Virus record (IMG/VR): IMGVR_UViG_3300043436_001486
Coordinates: 1 to 62,453 of that record
Strand: one strand, 5' to 3'
DNA from: a virus
Taxonomy: Duplodnaviria > Caudoviricetes
Length of the DNA stretch: 62,453 bases
The translations under genes were made by a program, and so were the position numbers. The notes under the pieces are model-generated. The model searched no databases. It was not told the origin of the DNA and was given only the letters and a program-made list of their open reading frames with translations. Below, in pieces: positions 61,008-62,453 of this stretch (positions are counted from its first letter, which is position 1; every line of letters starts with the position of its first letter).

Positions 61008-62453
61008 ATGGTAACACAAAGTATTCCCTTAGTTGCTGACTTAAGAACTCAGAACAGAAACATAGGTACAATCTATTTGGCTACTGGACTTGTTACAGAA
61101 GGGGACACAGGCGGTGGAATATACTTTTGGAATCCAGCAAGCACAAATGCTGATGACGGGTTTTACTACATTCAAGTTACTGGCGTTGCTACGGGCAGGT
61201 GGGTAAGAATTTACGCAGGTTCTAATATATACAATACAGACGGTTCTTTATTAGACAATAGGGATGTTACACTCAATGGCAGCTACCTAAGTTTTATAGG
61301 TAGTTCGTCAACTACAAAATTCAATGCTGATGGTAGTGTTACCGTTGGCAGCCTTTCTGGAGTTAGCTCAAGAATAGTTGTAGCCAACGCAATAGGAACT
61401 TTAGGCACTCAAGCTTTTGTTCCGGGAACTACAATTAGGTTTGTAGAGAAGTTTACAACTACAGCTGGGCAGACCATTTTTAACACAGTAAACACACTAT
61501 ACAACGACTTATTTGACGTATTTCTTAATGGAGTTAAACTGAATGATGACTCATTTAACTATACTGCAAACCAAATAGTCCTTGATGACGCTTCTTATGT
61601 AGGTGACATCATTGACGTAATAGGCTTCAGCAGCGCTACAGTATATGCAACACTTCCTTCCCAAGTTGGCAATGCTGGTAAATACCTGACTACTGACGGA
61701 ACTAATTTAAGCTGGGCAGCTATTACGGGAGGATTTGTTCCGTACACAGGCGCAACTGCAACCGTTGACTTGGGCGATAACGACTTGGAAGCGGGTTCAG
61801 TATTCGTAGAAGGCGCTTCTGGAGCAGGTGGTGCATTAAGAATAAAACAGTTTGCGAGTTCTGCTGCGAACTTAGATGGTTATTCTACAATAAGCACTTT
61901 AAATACAGGAGTATTTTATTTTACAGCTGCTACTACTTCGCCAAATTTTAAAAACTTTGTCTTAAACCCAAGTGGTTTAACTGATAATACTCTTAGGACA
62001 TATACCTTGCCAAACCTTAGTGGTACATTGGCATTATTAAGTGATATTACACCTGGTCTTACTTCTGTTGGACTTTCTATGCCTTCAGCATTTGCGGTCA
62101 GCAATTCACCTCTAACGAGCAATGGAACGATAGCAGTTACAGGTGCAGGTACATCGTCACAATATGTCAGAGGTGACGGTCAACTTGCAAACTTCCCTAC
62201 CAATGGCGGTGGCGGTTCATCAGTTAATTACTATTTGAATGGTTCTGTAACTCAAGGAACATTTGGAGGTGATACTTACTATGAAATGAGTAAGACACCT
62301 GTGCTTGGTGCAGGAACTAACTTTACAAGGACAAACGCACAAGGGAATGGATATATCGCATCATTTATAACTGATGCAGGAGACCCATCACTTTTGAACA
62401 TACCTGGAGGAAATTGGAATATAGAGTTTTATTTTCAATCAAGTGCATCTGGC
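61008..62453 (+). CDS. Tail fibre/spike protein, 3'-truncated (not in ORF track)
   Basis: Open frame MVTQSIPLVADLR..GD.GGG.Y.W...DDG..GRW; VFLNGVKL, LPSQ.GNAGKYLTTDG, VPYTGAT..VDLG. Confidence 0.8.
   Translation, partial: MVTQSIPLVADLRTQNRNIGTIYLATGLVTEGDTGGGIYFWNPASTNADDGFYYIQVTGVATGRWVRIYAGSNIYNTDGSLLDNRDVTLNGSYLSFIGSSSTTKFNADGSVTVGSLSGVSSRIVVANAIGTLGTQAFVPGTTIRFVEKFTTTAGQTIFNTVNTLYNDLFDVFLNGVKLNDDSFNYTANQIVLDDASYVGDIIDVIGFSSATVYATLPSQVGNAGKYLTTDGTNLSWAAITGGFVPYTGATATVDLGDNDLEAGSVFVEGASGAGGALRIKQFASSAANLDGYSTISTLNTGVFYFTAATTSPNFKNFVLNPSGLTDNTLRTYTLPNLSGTLALLSDITPGLTSVGLSMPSAFAVSNSPLTSNGTIAVTGAGTSSQYVRGDGQLANFPTNGGGGSSVNYYLNGSVTQGTFGGDTYYEMSKTPVLGAGTNFTRTNAQGNGYIASFITDAGDPSLLNIPGGNWNIEFYFQSSASG

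Noticed and set aside
1-62453. Stop-codon reassignment as in some crAss-like phages
   Set aside because: Long genes are intact in the standard code; TAA, TAG and TGA all end genes.

Overview
The window looks like most of the genome of a lytic, podovirus-type dsDNA phage of a Bacteroidota host. The host call rests on TAnnTTTG -7 promoter boxes and SD-less A-rich starts. The head/tail organisation resembles crAss-related and Flavobacteria/Chitinophagaceae-type phages, but I see no phage RNA polymerase, DNA polymerase or integrase. The window starts and ends inside tail-fibre genes. Layout: 1-11.3 kb (+) tail fibres, lysis and a phosphoesterase; 11.3-29.7 kb (-) terminase, replication/recombination genes and many small early genes; about 29.7-30.5 kb is a non-coding divergence point; 30.5-62.4 kb (+) tRNAs, small basic proteins, portal, scaffold, capsid, tail rings, nozzle, ejection proteins and a tail fibre. 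The best candidate for a new system is a family of three short late-region RNA elements. Each has a variable 5' segment, two of them strongly antisense to early-gene start regions, fused to a conserved hairpin with a UUU(C/A)UA loop and a U-tract; one has its own promoter. Other notable signals: genome-wide enrichment of ATCAGC/GCTGAT with apparent GATC and CCWGG avoidance, a single terminal Cys pair between two otherwise Cys-free ejection proteins, overprinted ORFs, a homing endonuclease that duplicated the terL start, conserved DNA joints between tail-fibre genes, and a five-copy early promoter cassette. All family calls come from motif recognition by eye, not database searches.
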